Part shown: positions 36,480 to 48,845 of the stretch, piece after piece | Numbering within the stretch: position 1 is the stretch's first letter | Layout of the letters: each line of letters opens with the position of its first letter | Source: Octopus bimaculoides | Lineage: Eukaryota | Direction: 5' to 3' | Assembly (NCBI RefSeq): GCF_001194135.2 | Contig: NC_068986.1 | Location: forward strand, 71,350,211 to 71,399,055 | Length of the DNA stretch: 48,845 nucleotides | The notes under the pieces: model-generated | What the model saw: the letters and a program-made list of their open reading frames with translations, nothing else | Told to the model about the DNA's origin: nothing | The model's database searches: none | Made by a program: the position numbers and the translations under genes

Positions 36480-37005
36480 TCACTAATGCAAATAGCTCTC
36501 AAATAGCTCTTCATTGCCGTTGACTTGTTCACACGCTTCAACAGTTCTTTGAAGATGTCTTTGGTCACGAATCTTTTCAGAATACACATGGGATTTAATG
36601 TAGCTACAGAAGAAAACGTCCATGGGAGTTAAATCTGGTAACGGCGAGGCCAATTCAATTGGCCCTCAACACCTGAGCCATCTACCTGGAAAATATTCAT
36701 CCATAAAATAACGAACCTGTTATGCATAATGGGGTGAGCTCCATCCTGCTGAAACTCAGACAGGATTTCCCCTGTCTGATACGAATGTCCAGATACGAAT
36801 CATCTGTTACAGAATAAAATGTTCCAATTACTTGATTGTGCCAAATCTCACACCATACTATTACCATGCTCCCGTTTTGTTGATTACATACCTTCATTCA
36901 ATGAGGATTGGTTTGTGAGTAATATCGACGATTGTGAAAAGAGATAAAAAAAGAGAATGTTAGTAATTTCACATATTGCATGATGATGACTTTATGGCCA
37001 CCCTG
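36480..37005 (-). mobile_element. Internally deleted Tc1/mariner element: TIR plus DDE C-terminal part
   Basis: Minus strand TA-CAGGGTGGCCATAAAGTC from 37007; VIVWCEIW..VIGTFY; YFPGRW..GPIELASPLPDLTPMDVFFCSYIKSHVY (WPxxSPDL-like). Confidence 0.82.
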
Positions 37006-37239
37006 TATATATAACTGATGTGAGATTCAAATTATTTGGTACTGAATCGAATCCCTTCTGTTTTCACGTTTCTAAATTTAGATGGAATAACGAGATAGAA
37101 AGCAACAAACAAGTAAATAAACAAGAGACGAAATCTTTTATATCATAAGATACTTTTATTTACCATCATAGTCATCTATTTCCGTATTGTTGCATGATTT
37201 TTATCGTATTTATCCTTCATGTCGCTAGCCCTGAGATTT

Positions 37240-37900
37240 TTTTCCACAACCATATTTTAACAGAAACCGTACCAACTCACAATCTCAATGAAAGACGATC
37301 AAATTAATCACCACAAGATCTGTCACGTGCTTTATACTTGAACGGAATTTATTTTAACATATAATGTCCATAATCGAAAATTCCCTTTCTGACGACGCTC
37401 TTAACGATATTTGTAGACTTATATACAGTTGCTGGGATCTTTTAGTGATATCGAGCAATATTCTCAACATAATGCAGGATGGCGTTGACAAATTTTATGA
37501 TAAAACTGTTTATAGAATTCGTCTAATTTTTTTCACCTGCTTTCTATGGTACAAAAACCTCATCAATGTTCCAAGAAGCTGAGTTAACAATATTTACCAA
37601 TGCATGAATTCCGTCAGTTCTTGGTTTTATAATGTCACAATCTATGGATCTCAGATTTATACTACTTATTACTGCGTCCAGTAGTCTTTGATAACAAAGC
37701 CTAATATATTTCTTATTTTCCACAAACTCATTATTTTGAAATGCCGTCGAAGAAATGGTTTCATCTATTTTCCTTTTTTATATATTCCTTCTTGTCTTGT
37801 GCATTCAAAACTTTATCAATATAATTAGTTTTTGAGGACGTGGTAGGTTTAAATTATCAACACCTGAAAATTGCAGACTTTTTAAAACAGAAATGAGTAT
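37240..37900 (-). mobile_element. hAT transposase C-terminal (dimerisation) fragment, decayed
   Basis: LLDIT..ASSEREFSIMDII (37360-37398; SxERxFS motif), followed by HVTDLVVINL. Confidence 0.55.
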
Positions 37901-39111
37901 TGGTTTTGCATCTTGTTCTTGTGACGTATATGAAGAAAAATTGTTCACGAGAAATCCTTGATTTCGACTTTCACAAAAGTAATGACATCTGGTTGACCTG
38001 CAATTGCTAAAATATTTGTTGGTCTTGTCTTGTTATACTAATTTCCAGCCACAAATGCACAAAAGTTGCAGTTTATAACAGCGATTATGCACTAAATACA
38101 TTAACGCTAAAATAAAGTAAAAAAGCAAATAAAAAGCCGTGTTATGCGGAATTTCAAAGTAAAACATGAATGTGGACAAGTGGAATTATAAGTATTAATG
38201 ATTATTCAAAAATGTGAACAAACATTTAAATCTACATAAAATTTTCACTGAAGAATCAGACATGGGGATGAAAGTTATTCGTATGTCTAGAGTTTTTTCG
38301 GAAAATGTTAAAATACAAAATGACAAAAATTGCTTCTGGAAATTTCCAAGAAAATTTTGCGCATCACTAAATGCAAATTCAAATATTAAAAAAAATATTT
38401 TTAAACAAAAATGAAAAAAACATGGACAGAATGCAATACATACTAATAGAAAATACTGTCAAAAAAACTTTAAAAACCGAAGTTGGTCGTTACTGCATCA
38501 GCTCTTTCTTCTTTCAATAGTGATAGGTGTTAGAATTCCGAAAAGNNNNNNNNNNNNNNNNNNNNNNNNNNNNNNNNNNNNNNNNNNNNNNNNNNNNNNN
38601 NNNNNNNNNNNNNNNGCTTATCAGAAAATTCCTAATTTCGGAGTTCAGTTGGTTGTTTCAAAGGATTGCCATCTCAGCTATTCATGTTTTTGTGAAGACC
38701 AGGATCGGCTCAAAAAGGAAAATAGTCTAAAGAGTGATTCTACAACTTGATTGGTTGAAATTCGCGTGATTATTAATGTTCAATCAGATTTAAAGAACCA
38801 GAAGTCAATCACTTGCGACTCACAAGTCCGTTTCCTGTATTAACTTTTCATTTAGTCACCGAAGGGAAAATTTTCTATTAGTTTCTGTTCGTTAAGTTTT
38901 TAATATGTTGGTTGTCACAATGCGAGTAGACGAAGAGATTTAAGAATAAGTTAGCAGAGCTTGAAATCATAATAGACGGCATGTGAACCGTTGCGAAGAC
39001 CTTCAATCCCACCAATGATCATATAATATATAATGCATAATACTTACATACATACATTCATACATGTATGTATGTATGTATGTATGTATGTATGTATTAT
39101 GTATGTATACC

Positions 39112-40320
39112 ATTATTCAGATTTATTTCAAGATTTCTTGCCAATAGAGAAAGAACCGGTTTCTAACCTAGATCCAAGGCTCCTTCATTAGAAGTTCAAT
39201 ATCAACAACAGGGTATTTTTGTTTGTATGTGTGTATGTATGTATGTATGTGCAGGTTTGTATGCTTTATGTATGTATTCTCATGCATATAGTTGCATGAC
39301 TCATATTTAAATGATAAACGTCTGGAAAGTTTTACACATTTTTACTGTTCCAGTGATGGATTGGATCTGTAGTCTTCGAATTAGCTTTCTCCTTTCTGGA
39401 TTTGAGAAGCCTAATTTCTCAAGATTGGTATTTAGCCAGTGTGTTACATATCCTAGGCCGCCAATAATTACTAGCATGAACCTGAACTTGTAATCTGGAT
39501 GGAGTAATTGCAGATTTCTCAATAGTTCAGCATAGTTGTTCTCTTTTTCACTGATCTTCAGCTTTATGTTAACATCCACGGGGCAGCTAATTTCTACAAC
39601 AGTGCACAGTTTCTCTTCTCTATCTCAAATCATTATATCAGGTCTGTTGTGCTTACACTTTATTGAGGTCTTCACTGTTACATTCCACCAGTATTCCTTT
39701 TTATAATGAGTAACTATGGCTTCTATTATATTGTAGGTTGTTATTTTTTCGTCCTCGGATTACACTTCCGACGGATTTCATTATAGTGTCCTAGCTACAA
39801 CGTCTTGTCTCATCGGGAGGTAATACCGTAATCACATTTTCGGACAACTGCTTATGATGTAGGTGACATCTTCCGTGTGAACTCCACAAAGTCTGCATCG
39901 GTTGTCATACTTTACGGCTTCACCTGCACCTCTATCCCTTTTGTGCATCAGGTGCTTGGTTGATATTTCCTGTTCCTGAATTGCAAACGCATATCCTTCA
40001 AAGCGGGAGGTAGTAATCCGGCTATTGGTCCATGATAAACTGCTTTGATGATCGATGTTACTATTATCACGGAACTTTCTACTAACATATCCATGCATAG
40101 TCTTCTGCTCATATAGGCTCCTCCTTTCATCGGATGATACGTTGCGTTAGAGTCGTGCGACTTCTTTGGGCATGTATTCTAGGTTATTAGGCAAACAGTG
40201 TTGCTGAAGGAGCTGCCTTCCAAGTCTTATGATGTTATCAGCCTCATGTATGCAAACTTCGTCAAGGGATGCACTTCGACGCTTGATGGTTAAAAGATGT
40301 TGCTGAAGGGATATGATGCG
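39112..40320 (-). mobile_element. R4/Dong-like LINE 3' end: CCHC finger, restriction-like endonuclease, 3' UTR, (CATA)n-adjacent tail
   Basis: FAIQEQEISTK..CRLCGVHTEDVTYIISSC; KHNRPDI..VVEISCP..EKENNYAELL..VIIGGLGY. Confidence 0.9.
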
Positions 40321-41529
40321 ACNNNNNNNNNNNNNNNNNNNNNNNNNNNNNNNNNNNNNNNNNNNNNNNNNNNNNNNNNNNNNNNNNNNNNNNNNNNNNN
40401 NNNNNNNNNNNNNNNNNNNNNNNNNNNNNNNNNNNNNNNNNNNNNNNNNNNNNNNNNNNNNNNNNNNNNNNNNNNNNNNNNNNNNNNNNNNNNNNNNNNN
40501 NNNNNNNNNNNNNNNNNNNNNNNNNNNNNNNNNNNNNNNNNNNNNNNNNNNNNNNNNNNNNNNNNNNNNNNNNNNNNNNNNNNNNNNNNNNNNNNNNNNN
40601 NNNNNNNNNNNNNNNNNNNNNNNNNNNNNNNNNNNNNNNNNNNNNNNNNNNNNNNNNNNNNNNNNNNNNNNNNNNNNNNNNNNNNNNNNNNNNNNNNNNN
40701 NNNNNNNNNNNNNNNNNNNNNNNNNNNNNNNNNNNNNNNNNNNNNNNNNNNNNNNNNNNNNATATATATATATATATAATTATATTGCTTTTTCTTTCGA
40801 AAAATTATAGAACTGCTTCGAAGTGGTCAGGTTTGACCCGAGGCGCTAGATAGTAAATAATATAATTTAAAGAAGAAACAGAAATTAGATAATTATCTTG
40901 TATTTATGACATACATTAATACAACAAATACATTAAGACATTCAGAACATATTAAGAATATAATAGAAATAAGAAATATATGAAATAAGAATATACATGA
41001 AATATAAGCAACAAAAAATTCGATATGTGGAGTGAGTGATATAGCGAATATAATAAAACATTAAAAATTAAGTTAGAAATTACAATGACGGCAGTTAGAA
41101 ACCTGAATGAAGAATTTAAAAGTCAGAGAAATATATTTGTTTTAATAGTTCTAAAAATATATAACGGGTTACAATAACAGATTAGAGGTATTTCTACGGT
41201 TGTTTCGAGAGTCCATTTTTTATACGTGAAGTATAAAATTCACGCCTTAAGATGGATGTTATCCTACCATCTTGGTCGTGGTGTATCCCTGTGTCTCCAT
41301 CCGGTTGATTTTCCCTGTAAAACTTTCTCAGTGATTCTTTCTTGGGACATTCTTCCCACATGTCCGTCTTATCCACGCTGCGATCTCTCAATCTGGAGCG
41401 GCTCTACCTAGAGCGCATCTCTGATGTCGGAGCTTCGCATTCTATCGAATAGACTTACTTCAGAGATCCTTATTCACAATAATATTTTTTTCGATCATTT
41501 TCCATGAATACTATAAACTAGTCAGATTA

Positions 41530-42878
41530 ATATTGAAAACAGAACTCAATGCAGAAAACAAGATAATAGGTATTAACAATCTAGCCGTCCCAGTTATAAG
41601 TTACAGCTACAATATTCTTAACTGGACACTAAATGAGCTAATCAAAATAGACAGGAATACTAGAAAAATAATGACAGGATTTAGGATACACCACCCATAA
41701 TCTGACAAAGAAAGGCTATATATGATACATATCAAAGGTGGTTGAGGCCTTATACAGCTAGAAAACTATTACAAAATAAGCACTATAGGACTACAGAAAT
41801 ACCTACTTCACAAGCAAGGAAAACTAATACAATTCACCACAAAACACGAACAGAACAAAAAACTTTTTTCAGTCTTTAAGGAAGCTGACAAATACAAAAA
41901 AAAGAAGTCATAGTACTTAATAATTATGAAGAAAAAGAAGAAATAACCAAATCTGTAAAAAATACTGAAAGCCAAACTAAAACTGGAACAGCAACGGATC
42001 ATGATAAAGCGATGGCAAGAAAAACTCCTTCATGGCAAATATTGGGTTAAGATAAACAGAAAAGAAATAGACAAAGCAAAATCCCAACAATGGCTGAGAA
42101 GCTCAGGACTCAAAGTAGAGAATAAAGGATTTTTAATAGCAGCACAATATCAAAACCTACCTACCAGAAACCATTAAAGACATGTAATCAAAAGAAATAT
42201 AAGTAACTTTAGAATATGTGGAGATGGAAAAGAAACAATAAATCATATTGTCTCTGGTTCTCCAACCCTGGCTAAGAAGGAATACATTCACAGACACGAC
42301 AGAGTTGGGACCTAAATACACTGGAAACTATGCAAACACTATGGAATAACAACAGAAAAAAAGATGATATAAGCACACGCCCAGAAAAGGTCACAAAAAA
42401 TGAGAATGCATCCATACTCTGGGATATGCCAATGCACACAGATAGAGAAAATAAGGCCAATAGGCGTCAGATATAGTTGTCAGAGATCACCAAGAAAACA
42501 TGCTTTCTAATCGATGTATCAATACCAACAAATGACGATGTTTCTCTAAAAGAAACGGAGAAACTTTCTAAATACAAAGATCTGGAAATAGAGGTAACAC
42601 GGATGTGGAGCCTAAAAGCAGAAACAATTCCTATCATAGTAGGCGCATTAGGTATGATAAAAAAGGACATTCAGACTAACACATGACAAAAACACCAGGA
42701 CTTACAAGCATATATAACATACAGAAAATAGCACTACTAGGCACCGCATACATCCTACGTAAACCACTTTCAATACAGTGAAAATAAGAGCGCAACAACA
42801 AACTACAGTACATACTCAAGGCACACAGAACTGTGCTCGGTAGTGCAGTGAAAGCACGTGAAAAAATAAGACTACTGG

Positions 42879-42928
<50 letters not shown>

Positions 42929-42930
42929 TA
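41530..42930 (+). mobile_element. R4/Dong-like LINE, 5'-truncated, 3' end with (TAA)n tail
   Basis: INNLAVPVISYS..IDRNTRK..GG*GLIQLE..LHGKY..IAAQ..ETINHIVSG..HRHDRV..ILWD..DIVV..FLIDVSIP..ETEKLSKYKDLEIE..IIVGALG, then 3' UTR and (TAA)n at 42880-42930. Confidence 0.92.
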
Positions 42931-43071
42931 ACAACCAAATATCAAAGCTTATAATATGCAGAAAGTGACCCTGTGAGGTCTCTGACAAAAAGCTGCTGTC
43001 CGCTCTCATAGAATCTACCAGAGGAAATAAGAGCGCTCTGGGAAGTAAAACAACAACAACAACAACAGCAT

Positions 43072-43288
43072 TAATGGTTTCAAATTTTGCCACAAGAGCA
43101 GCAGTTTTGGGGGAGGGGATGAGTCGATTACATCGACCCCAGTATTCAACTGGTATTTATTTCATCGACCCCGAAAGGATGAAAGGTAAAGTCGACCTCC
43201 GCGGAATTTGAACTCAAAACGGAGCGACGGGCGAAATGCCGCTAAGCACTTCGTCCATTGCGCTAACGATTCAGCCAACTCGCCGCTT
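43072..43288 (-). mobile_element. tRNA-derived SINE, second family, full length
   Basis: Minus strand: GCGGCGAGTTGGCTGAATCGTTAGC..GAGTTCAAATTCC..GTCGACTTTACCTTTCATCCTTTCGGGGTCGATG. Confidence 0.8.
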
Positions 43289-43740
43289 CGATAACAACAA
43301 CGCAAAGTCGAGCTCGGCTTAATTTGAACTGATAACAGTANNNNNNNNNNNNNNNNNNNNNNNNNNNNNNNNNNNNNNNNNNNNNNNNNNNNNNNNNNNN
43401 NNNNNNNNNNNNNNNNNNNNNNNNNNNNNNNNNNNNNNNNNNNNNNNNNNNNNNNNNNNNNNNNNNNNNNNNNNNNNNNNNNNNNNNNNNNNNNNNNNNN
43501 NNNNNNNNNNNNNNNNNNNNNNNNNNNNNNNNNNNNNNNNNNNNNNNNNNNNNNNNNNNNNNNNNNNNNNNNNNNNNNNNNNNNNNNNNNNNNNNNNNNN
43601 NNNNNNNNNNNNNNNNNNNNNNNNNNNNNNNNNNNNNNNNNNNNNNNNNNNNNNNNNNNNNNNNNNNNNNNNNNNNNNNNNNNNNNNNNNNNNNNNNNNN
43701 NNNNNNNNNNNNNNNNNNNNNNNNNNNNNNNNNNNNNNNN

Positions 43741-43893
<153 letters not shown>

Positions 43894-43904
43894 GGTGTGT
43901 CAAA

Positions 43905-44400
43905 TTTTATCATAAGGCCAGCAATTGAGGAGTGGGTAGTTGATTACATTGACCTCAGTACTTGACAAGTTCTTTATTTTATGGAAGGGATAAACAGTAA
44001 AGCTGATCTCAGCAGTATTTGTGCATAAATGTAAAATGTCGGAAGAAAAGCCACTAATCCTTTTGTCTCACATGCCAATAATTCTGAAGGGAGCAAGAAG
44101 TCGATTACATCGATCCCGGTGCTCAAATGGTGTTTATTTCATAGTCTCCCTCGAAATGATGAAAGGTAAATTCAACCTCGGTGGAGTTTGAACTCAGAAC
44201 ATAAAAACTGGACGAAACGTCTCTAAGTATTTAGTTCGATGCGCCATGATTCTACCGGTATGCCGCCCTACAAGCAAAAATTCTTTCTATTACAGACATT
44301 TAGGGAGGCGGGTATTCAATTGCATCGACGCCAGTACTTGACTGTCAATTATAATACTGACCCCAAAAGGTTGAATGACAAAAGTCAACCTCAGTGTCTA
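43905..44400 (-). mobile_element. Three tandem, partly truncated copies of the second SINE family (~43905-44085, ~44090-44272, ~44295-44400)
   Basis: Repeated GATTACAT(C/T)GA..CAGTA..TTTATTT..GAAAGG..AAAG.AAA.TC.ACCTC motifs matching 43072-43288. Confidence 0.7.
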
Positions 44401-44899
44401 GGTTTGTGGAGTGACTATGAATATTTATTAATGAAATTTTAGTATAATTCATCCTGCAGTTAATTAAAAGCTGCAATATTTCAAACAAACAATTTAGCTT
44501 ACACAGGCCTAAGTATCTAGCGACAAAGATGTTATTTCAATGCTTCGAATATGATATAACTACCAGTAAAATGGTTTGCTTCTAATAAGTAAGATTATTT
44601 AACTGTTTTCTGGTTAGAAAAGAAAAAATATGTGAATTTATTACCATAACTAAGGAGAAGCATGTCAACATTCATACGACACATTCGAGCAAAATTTTCG
44701 TCACTTCCCATGAACCTCTTCAATGTCCTCCGTTAACAACTACACCACCAACACAAAGAACCGCTCAGGAACAACAGCAACTGTCTATGTACATATAATG
44801 CAACTACTTTTAAATGGAGGTTGAGTGGTTAGCGTTCAGTTACATAAAGGTGAATCTATCTTGGGTAGTCTTTGAGAGACTTGCGTATCCTTACTTGTC

Positions 44900-46130
44900 A
44901 TACAGCTATTCAGGCTGTTTCTCATAGCAGTATTTATATTAGAAAAGTTACTATCATGTTTTCTTTCAAAATATTAGTGTGTTTGATATCAATATTGTGA
45001 GTGTCTTGATTGTTAGTGCAAATAGGAAATCTCGCTAAAGAAAAGTTCCGTGTTAGCATTCTGTATGCTTGAAAACGAATTCGAAAAGTTCTTATTGTTC
45101 CACCCACTTTTTTATGTATGGTTTACGGTATTTGGTACCATTTTAGACAATCTATTTCTACCTCTGATATTAAGGTGAGTGCATGGGGGTACCTAATCAC
45201 TATTCCTCTTTTAATTCCTAGAATCCTTCTTGATATATTGAGAATTGTTTTATCTTCTAAAAATTCAGGCTTCCGTTATTGTATAAATGGGTGAAAGCGT
45301 TTCTATTACACATTGAATTAGGGTTAACTTCAGTGTACGTGTAAATTTTCAGAGAAACTCGAGTAGTCGATAGAATCAACGATATTAACTGTTGATGAGT
45401 ATGAGACTTTCACTGTAAAGTCATTAAGAATACAATATCTATGCCGAAGCTGAATGTTTTCCATTAATCTATCAAATAGATATACCAAGCTTCTTACGTA
45501 CTTAACTCATAGTTATACCATGTTACATTTCTTTACCTAGTTTTCTTAGTGTAAGTTTTATCCAGAATTATTTTTTGTAGAGTACTTATCTTATTATTAT
45601 AATACTTAGATTTTGGTCTGTTACCATTGTTACCATTACTTTTAGAATTTTCCACAGAATGTTGTCTAGCATCACCAGCATTAGAGTTATTGTTTCTATT
45701 CATTTTCCCATTATCGGATACGATATTATCGGATACGATATTATCGGATACACCTATAATAATACCATTATTAACTAGATTAAAATTAGAGTTTACGTTA
45801 ATATGTGTTTTTATCCCTTTACAACGAGTAGCTGTTGTAGTTGTTCTTTTCTCAGTCACAGTTTGACACTTAGGTGAATTTATTATCCTATCAACAGTCC
45901 TCCATTCATCTGCACTAAAGAATTTAGTCATGTTATTATACTTGTATCTATTTATTCTTATACTATAATCAGTAAGATTATTAATGGATGTAAGTTTAGT
46001 ATTAGCCTTATCGATTTTTAATGTAATTGTTTTTTTCTACTTTCAATTGAATATTGATTTGTAGGAAAGGCAGTTTATTGTTACTTACTTTTCGGAAATA
46101 GTCATCTTCACTGTCTGGTTTATTTGTTTA
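44900..46130 (-). mobile_element. Penelope-like ORF remnant: N-terminal region, Asn-rich linker and GIY-YIG-associated C-terminus; no RT between them
   Basis: FFSADEWRTVDRII (N-terminal type); KKTR*RNVTWYN (45511-45532) and TVKVSYSS (45393-45416), which resemble PLE RNIIWFNPP and NTVKVSYSC; decayed Cys and IY motifs downstream. Confidence 0.65.
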
Positions 46131-46350
46131 TGGAATCAAGTCGTATAGAGGGTATATTTTAAGGTGCATATAAATAATAGTAAATACATATATAACTTTA
46201 CATATATATTATAGTATAATTTATAGTAGTACCTTTGTATATTTCAATATATATGTGCATAAGATAATATAAATATCTATGTATATATACGTTTGTATAT
46301 TCGTTTTGCAAGATTCTTGATGTGAATCCGTGTGTTGAAACATATATTGT

Positions 46351-46648
46351 TGTATTTGGGGATGGTCATGCTGCCAGTTTAGCCAAAGAAAACACACGCA
46401 CTATATATTCGGTGTTCACTTGATTCAGCTTTATTTTATATTAATTGTATTTCGGAAGATCGTTAGTAAGGAGAGACATGAAAAAGAAAGAAGAAAGCAA
46501 AGGACCACTGATGAGGTCACAGAAGTGTGACGAAAGAACTCTGGCCGAAATACAATTAATATAAAATAAAGCTGAAGCAAGTGAACACCAAATATAAGTG
46601 CGTGTGTTTTCATTGGCTAAACTGGCAGCGTGACCGTCCCCACATACA
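46351..46648. repeat. ~105-bp inverted repeat (46351-46455 and 46545-46648) with an 89-bp spacer containing a hammerhead
   Basis: TGTATTTGGGGATGGTCATGCTGCCAGTTTAGCCAA..TAATTGTATTTCGG vs CCGAAATACAATTA..TTGGCTAAACTGGCAGCGTGACCGTCCCCACATACA. Confidence 0.9.
46502..46546 (+). ncRNA. Type I hammerhead ribozyme, canonical core, 6-bp helix II
   Basis: GGACCA-CTGATGA-G-GTCACA(GAAG)TGTGAC-GAAA-GAAC-T-C-TGGCC. Predicted cleavage after 46541 (CUC). Confidence 0.8.
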
Positions 46649-46689
46649 AAATATGTAAATGTAATATTTAAGCCTGCGAGCTGGGTCAA

Positions 46690-47335
46690 AATGCTTTGCG
46701 GTATTTCATTCATCATTTCGCTCTGAGTTCAAATTCCGCCGAGACCAATTTTTGCCTTTCAACTCTTCTTATTGTGGAAAAGGCGTAAGGGGGCAAGCTG
46801 AAAAAATCGTTAGCACGCTTGACGAAATACTTAGCGGTATTTTTCGCGTCGCTACGTTCTGAGTTCAAACACCACCGATGTCGACTTTGCCTTTCATCCT
46901 TTCGGGGTTGATAAATTAAGTACCAATGGAACACTGGGGCCAATCTAATCGACTAGCCCACTCTCTCCAAATTTCAGGCCTTCTGCTTTTAGTAGAAAAG
47001 ATTATTATGGGAAAGGCGGCGAATTGGCAGAATCGTTAGCACACCGGACAAAATGCTTAGCGGCATTTCGCCCGTCAATACTTTCTGAGTTCAATCTCCA
47101 CCGAGGTCGACTTTGCCTTTCATACCCTTTCGGAGAAGACCATAGAAAAATTATTATGAACGCTAAGTGAACACAAAATATACAGTGCGTGTGTCTTCAT
47201 TGGCTAAACTGGCAGCATGACCGTCCCCAAATGCAAAATATGTAAAATATAATATTCAAGCCTGTGAGCTGGATCAAAATGCTTGGCGGTATTTCATCCA
47301 TCATTACGCTCTGAGTTCAAATTCCGCCGAGACAG
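46690..47335 (+). mobile_element. Cluster of second-family SINEs (full ~46790-47005; partial ~46690-46760, ~47012-47155, ~47278-47335) interleaved with a pseudo-LTR copy (47165-47277)
   Basis: AAGGCGGCGAATTGGCAGAATCGTTAGCAC..GAGTTCAA..GTCGACTTTGCCTTTCAT motifs. 47165-47333 is a direct copy of 46580-46745. Confidence 0.8.
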
Positions 47336-47848
47336 AAAAAACACGTCTGTTCTTTATGAAGACCAGACCAGTGGGCAGAAAGAAAGAACCCCTTTCGTCA
47401 CGTGTCAGAGACGAGAGAGTCAAGGAGGAAGAGAAGTAGTGAAAGAGAGAGAGGGAACGGTGAAAGGGAGAGAAGAATAAGGAAAGGGTGGGAGAGAAAA
47501 ACAGAAAGGGTGAAAAACAAGAGAGGGAGAGAGATAGTAGAAGAGTGCACATTGTAATTATTAAGATAAAACTTGAAAAAAGATGCGTGGCGTTCGATCA
47601 TATAATAATATAAATACTATATAAATATATGCATATATCCATACATATATGTACATACCTACATCTATATGTATACATACATGCATATATGGGTACAGGA
47701 CATAAAAAAAACCTTAAACACAATGAGAAACGAAAACATAAAAGCGAAAACAGAAAACGAACTTTTTTCGAACAACGAAAAAAACATGGATAGATATACG
47801 TACATATAGATACACAGTCACAGACATATCACACAAACACGCATGCAA

Positions 47849-47880
<32 letters not shown>

Positions 47881-48198
47881 GTATATATATANNNNNNNNN
47901 NNNNNNNNNNNNNNNNNNNNNNNNNNNNNNNNNNNNNNNNNNNNNNNNNNNNNNNNNNNNNNNNNNNNNNNNNNNNNNNNNNNNNNNNNNNNNNNNNNNN
48001 NNNNNNNNNNNNNNNNNNNNNNNNNNNNNNNNNNNNNNNNNNNNNNNNNNNNNNNNNNNNNNNNNNNNNNNNNNNNNNNNNNNNNNNNNNNNNNNNNNNN
48101 NNNNNNNNNNNNNNNNNNNNNNNNNNNNNNNNNNNNNNNNNNNNNNNNNNNNNNNNNNNNNNNNNNNNNNNNNNNNNNNNNNNNNNNNNNNNNNNNNT

Positions 48199-48845
48199 GT
48201 GCGTGCGCGAGAGTCTGCGAGTGTGTGTGTGATAACAGAACGTGTGTGTGCGTATGTATGTATGTGTGTGTGTGCATGGTTTGGTGGTTTTTCTGTTAGT
48301 GTGTATGTGTGTTTGTGTGTGTGCGTGTGTGACGTAGTTGAAGGAATTAGTAGCAGGAATAGTTAGTGGGTGCTTATGGACAATGGTTAGTGGAGGGTCA
48401 GCAGGCAATTTTTGAATATGTGTGTGTTCGTGTATGTTTGTGTGGGGTTGTAGGTGTTGGGTACGTGTGCGTGTGTGTATGTGTATGTTTTTGTGCGTGC
48501 GTGTGTGTTTGTGTGTATGTGTATGTTGTGTATATGGGCGTTGCTGTGTACGTGTGTGTGCGTGCGTTTGCTATTGTATGTGCGTGTGTTGTTTATACCC
48601 ATGTGTGTGTGATTGTATGCGTGTCTGTGTGAGTGTGTTGTGTTGGTGAGAAATGTGTGTGCGTCTGTGTGCGTGTGTATGTGTATGTGGTTGTGTGCGT
48701 GTGTGTATGTATATGTGTGTGGATGTGCGTGTGTGTGTGGGATTGTGATATGTGTGGGGTTGTGAGTGTTAGGTACGGATGCGTGTGTGTGTATGCGGGT
48801 GTGTGTTTATGTGTGTCTGTATGTGTGTCCGTGTGCTTGTGTGTG
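48199..48845. repeat. Degenerate (TG)n-rich low-complexity tract
   Basis: Directly visible, about 650 bp. Confidence 0.9.

Noticed and set aside
40790-41470. Structured-looking block with several small hairpins (possible ribozyme or LINE UTR)
   Set aside because: It could not be folded into an HHR or HDV-like core, and there is no internal evidence for its class.

Overview
AT-rich eukaryotic DNA from a gapped draft assembly (12 N-runs, most flanked by microsatellites). The SINE, LINE and microsatellite make-up suggests a cephalopod, probably Octopus; this is inference from recalled repeat families, not a search. I can support no intact host gene, rRNA, tRNA or CRISPR array, and most ORFs in the supplied track are microsatellite or N-run artefacts. 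The window is a layered pile of decayed mobile elements: Penelope-like elements (PLEs), two near full-length pogo/Tigger transposase pseudogenes, two Tc1/mariner fragments, a hAT fragment, two L1/Tx1-type elements, four R4/Dong-like (RLE) LINE fragments and many tRNA-derived SINEs. The main signal is non-coding. About nine type-I hammerhead ribozyme (HHR) motifs from about seven unrelated sequence families can be folded by hand, most with short self-complementary helix III. Three of these loci are long inverted-repeat (fold-back) structures. One (14516-15014) looks like a circularly permuted ~360-nt HHR monomer (retrozyme-like). One (46351-46648) has an inverted arm that starts at the predicted cleavage site and leads into a PLE that has a GIY-YIG region but no RT. 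One (5116-5395) is fused behind a Pol III SINE head. Two ~130-bp templated insertions split transposon ORFs, one at a clean junction and one via 9-nt microhomology.
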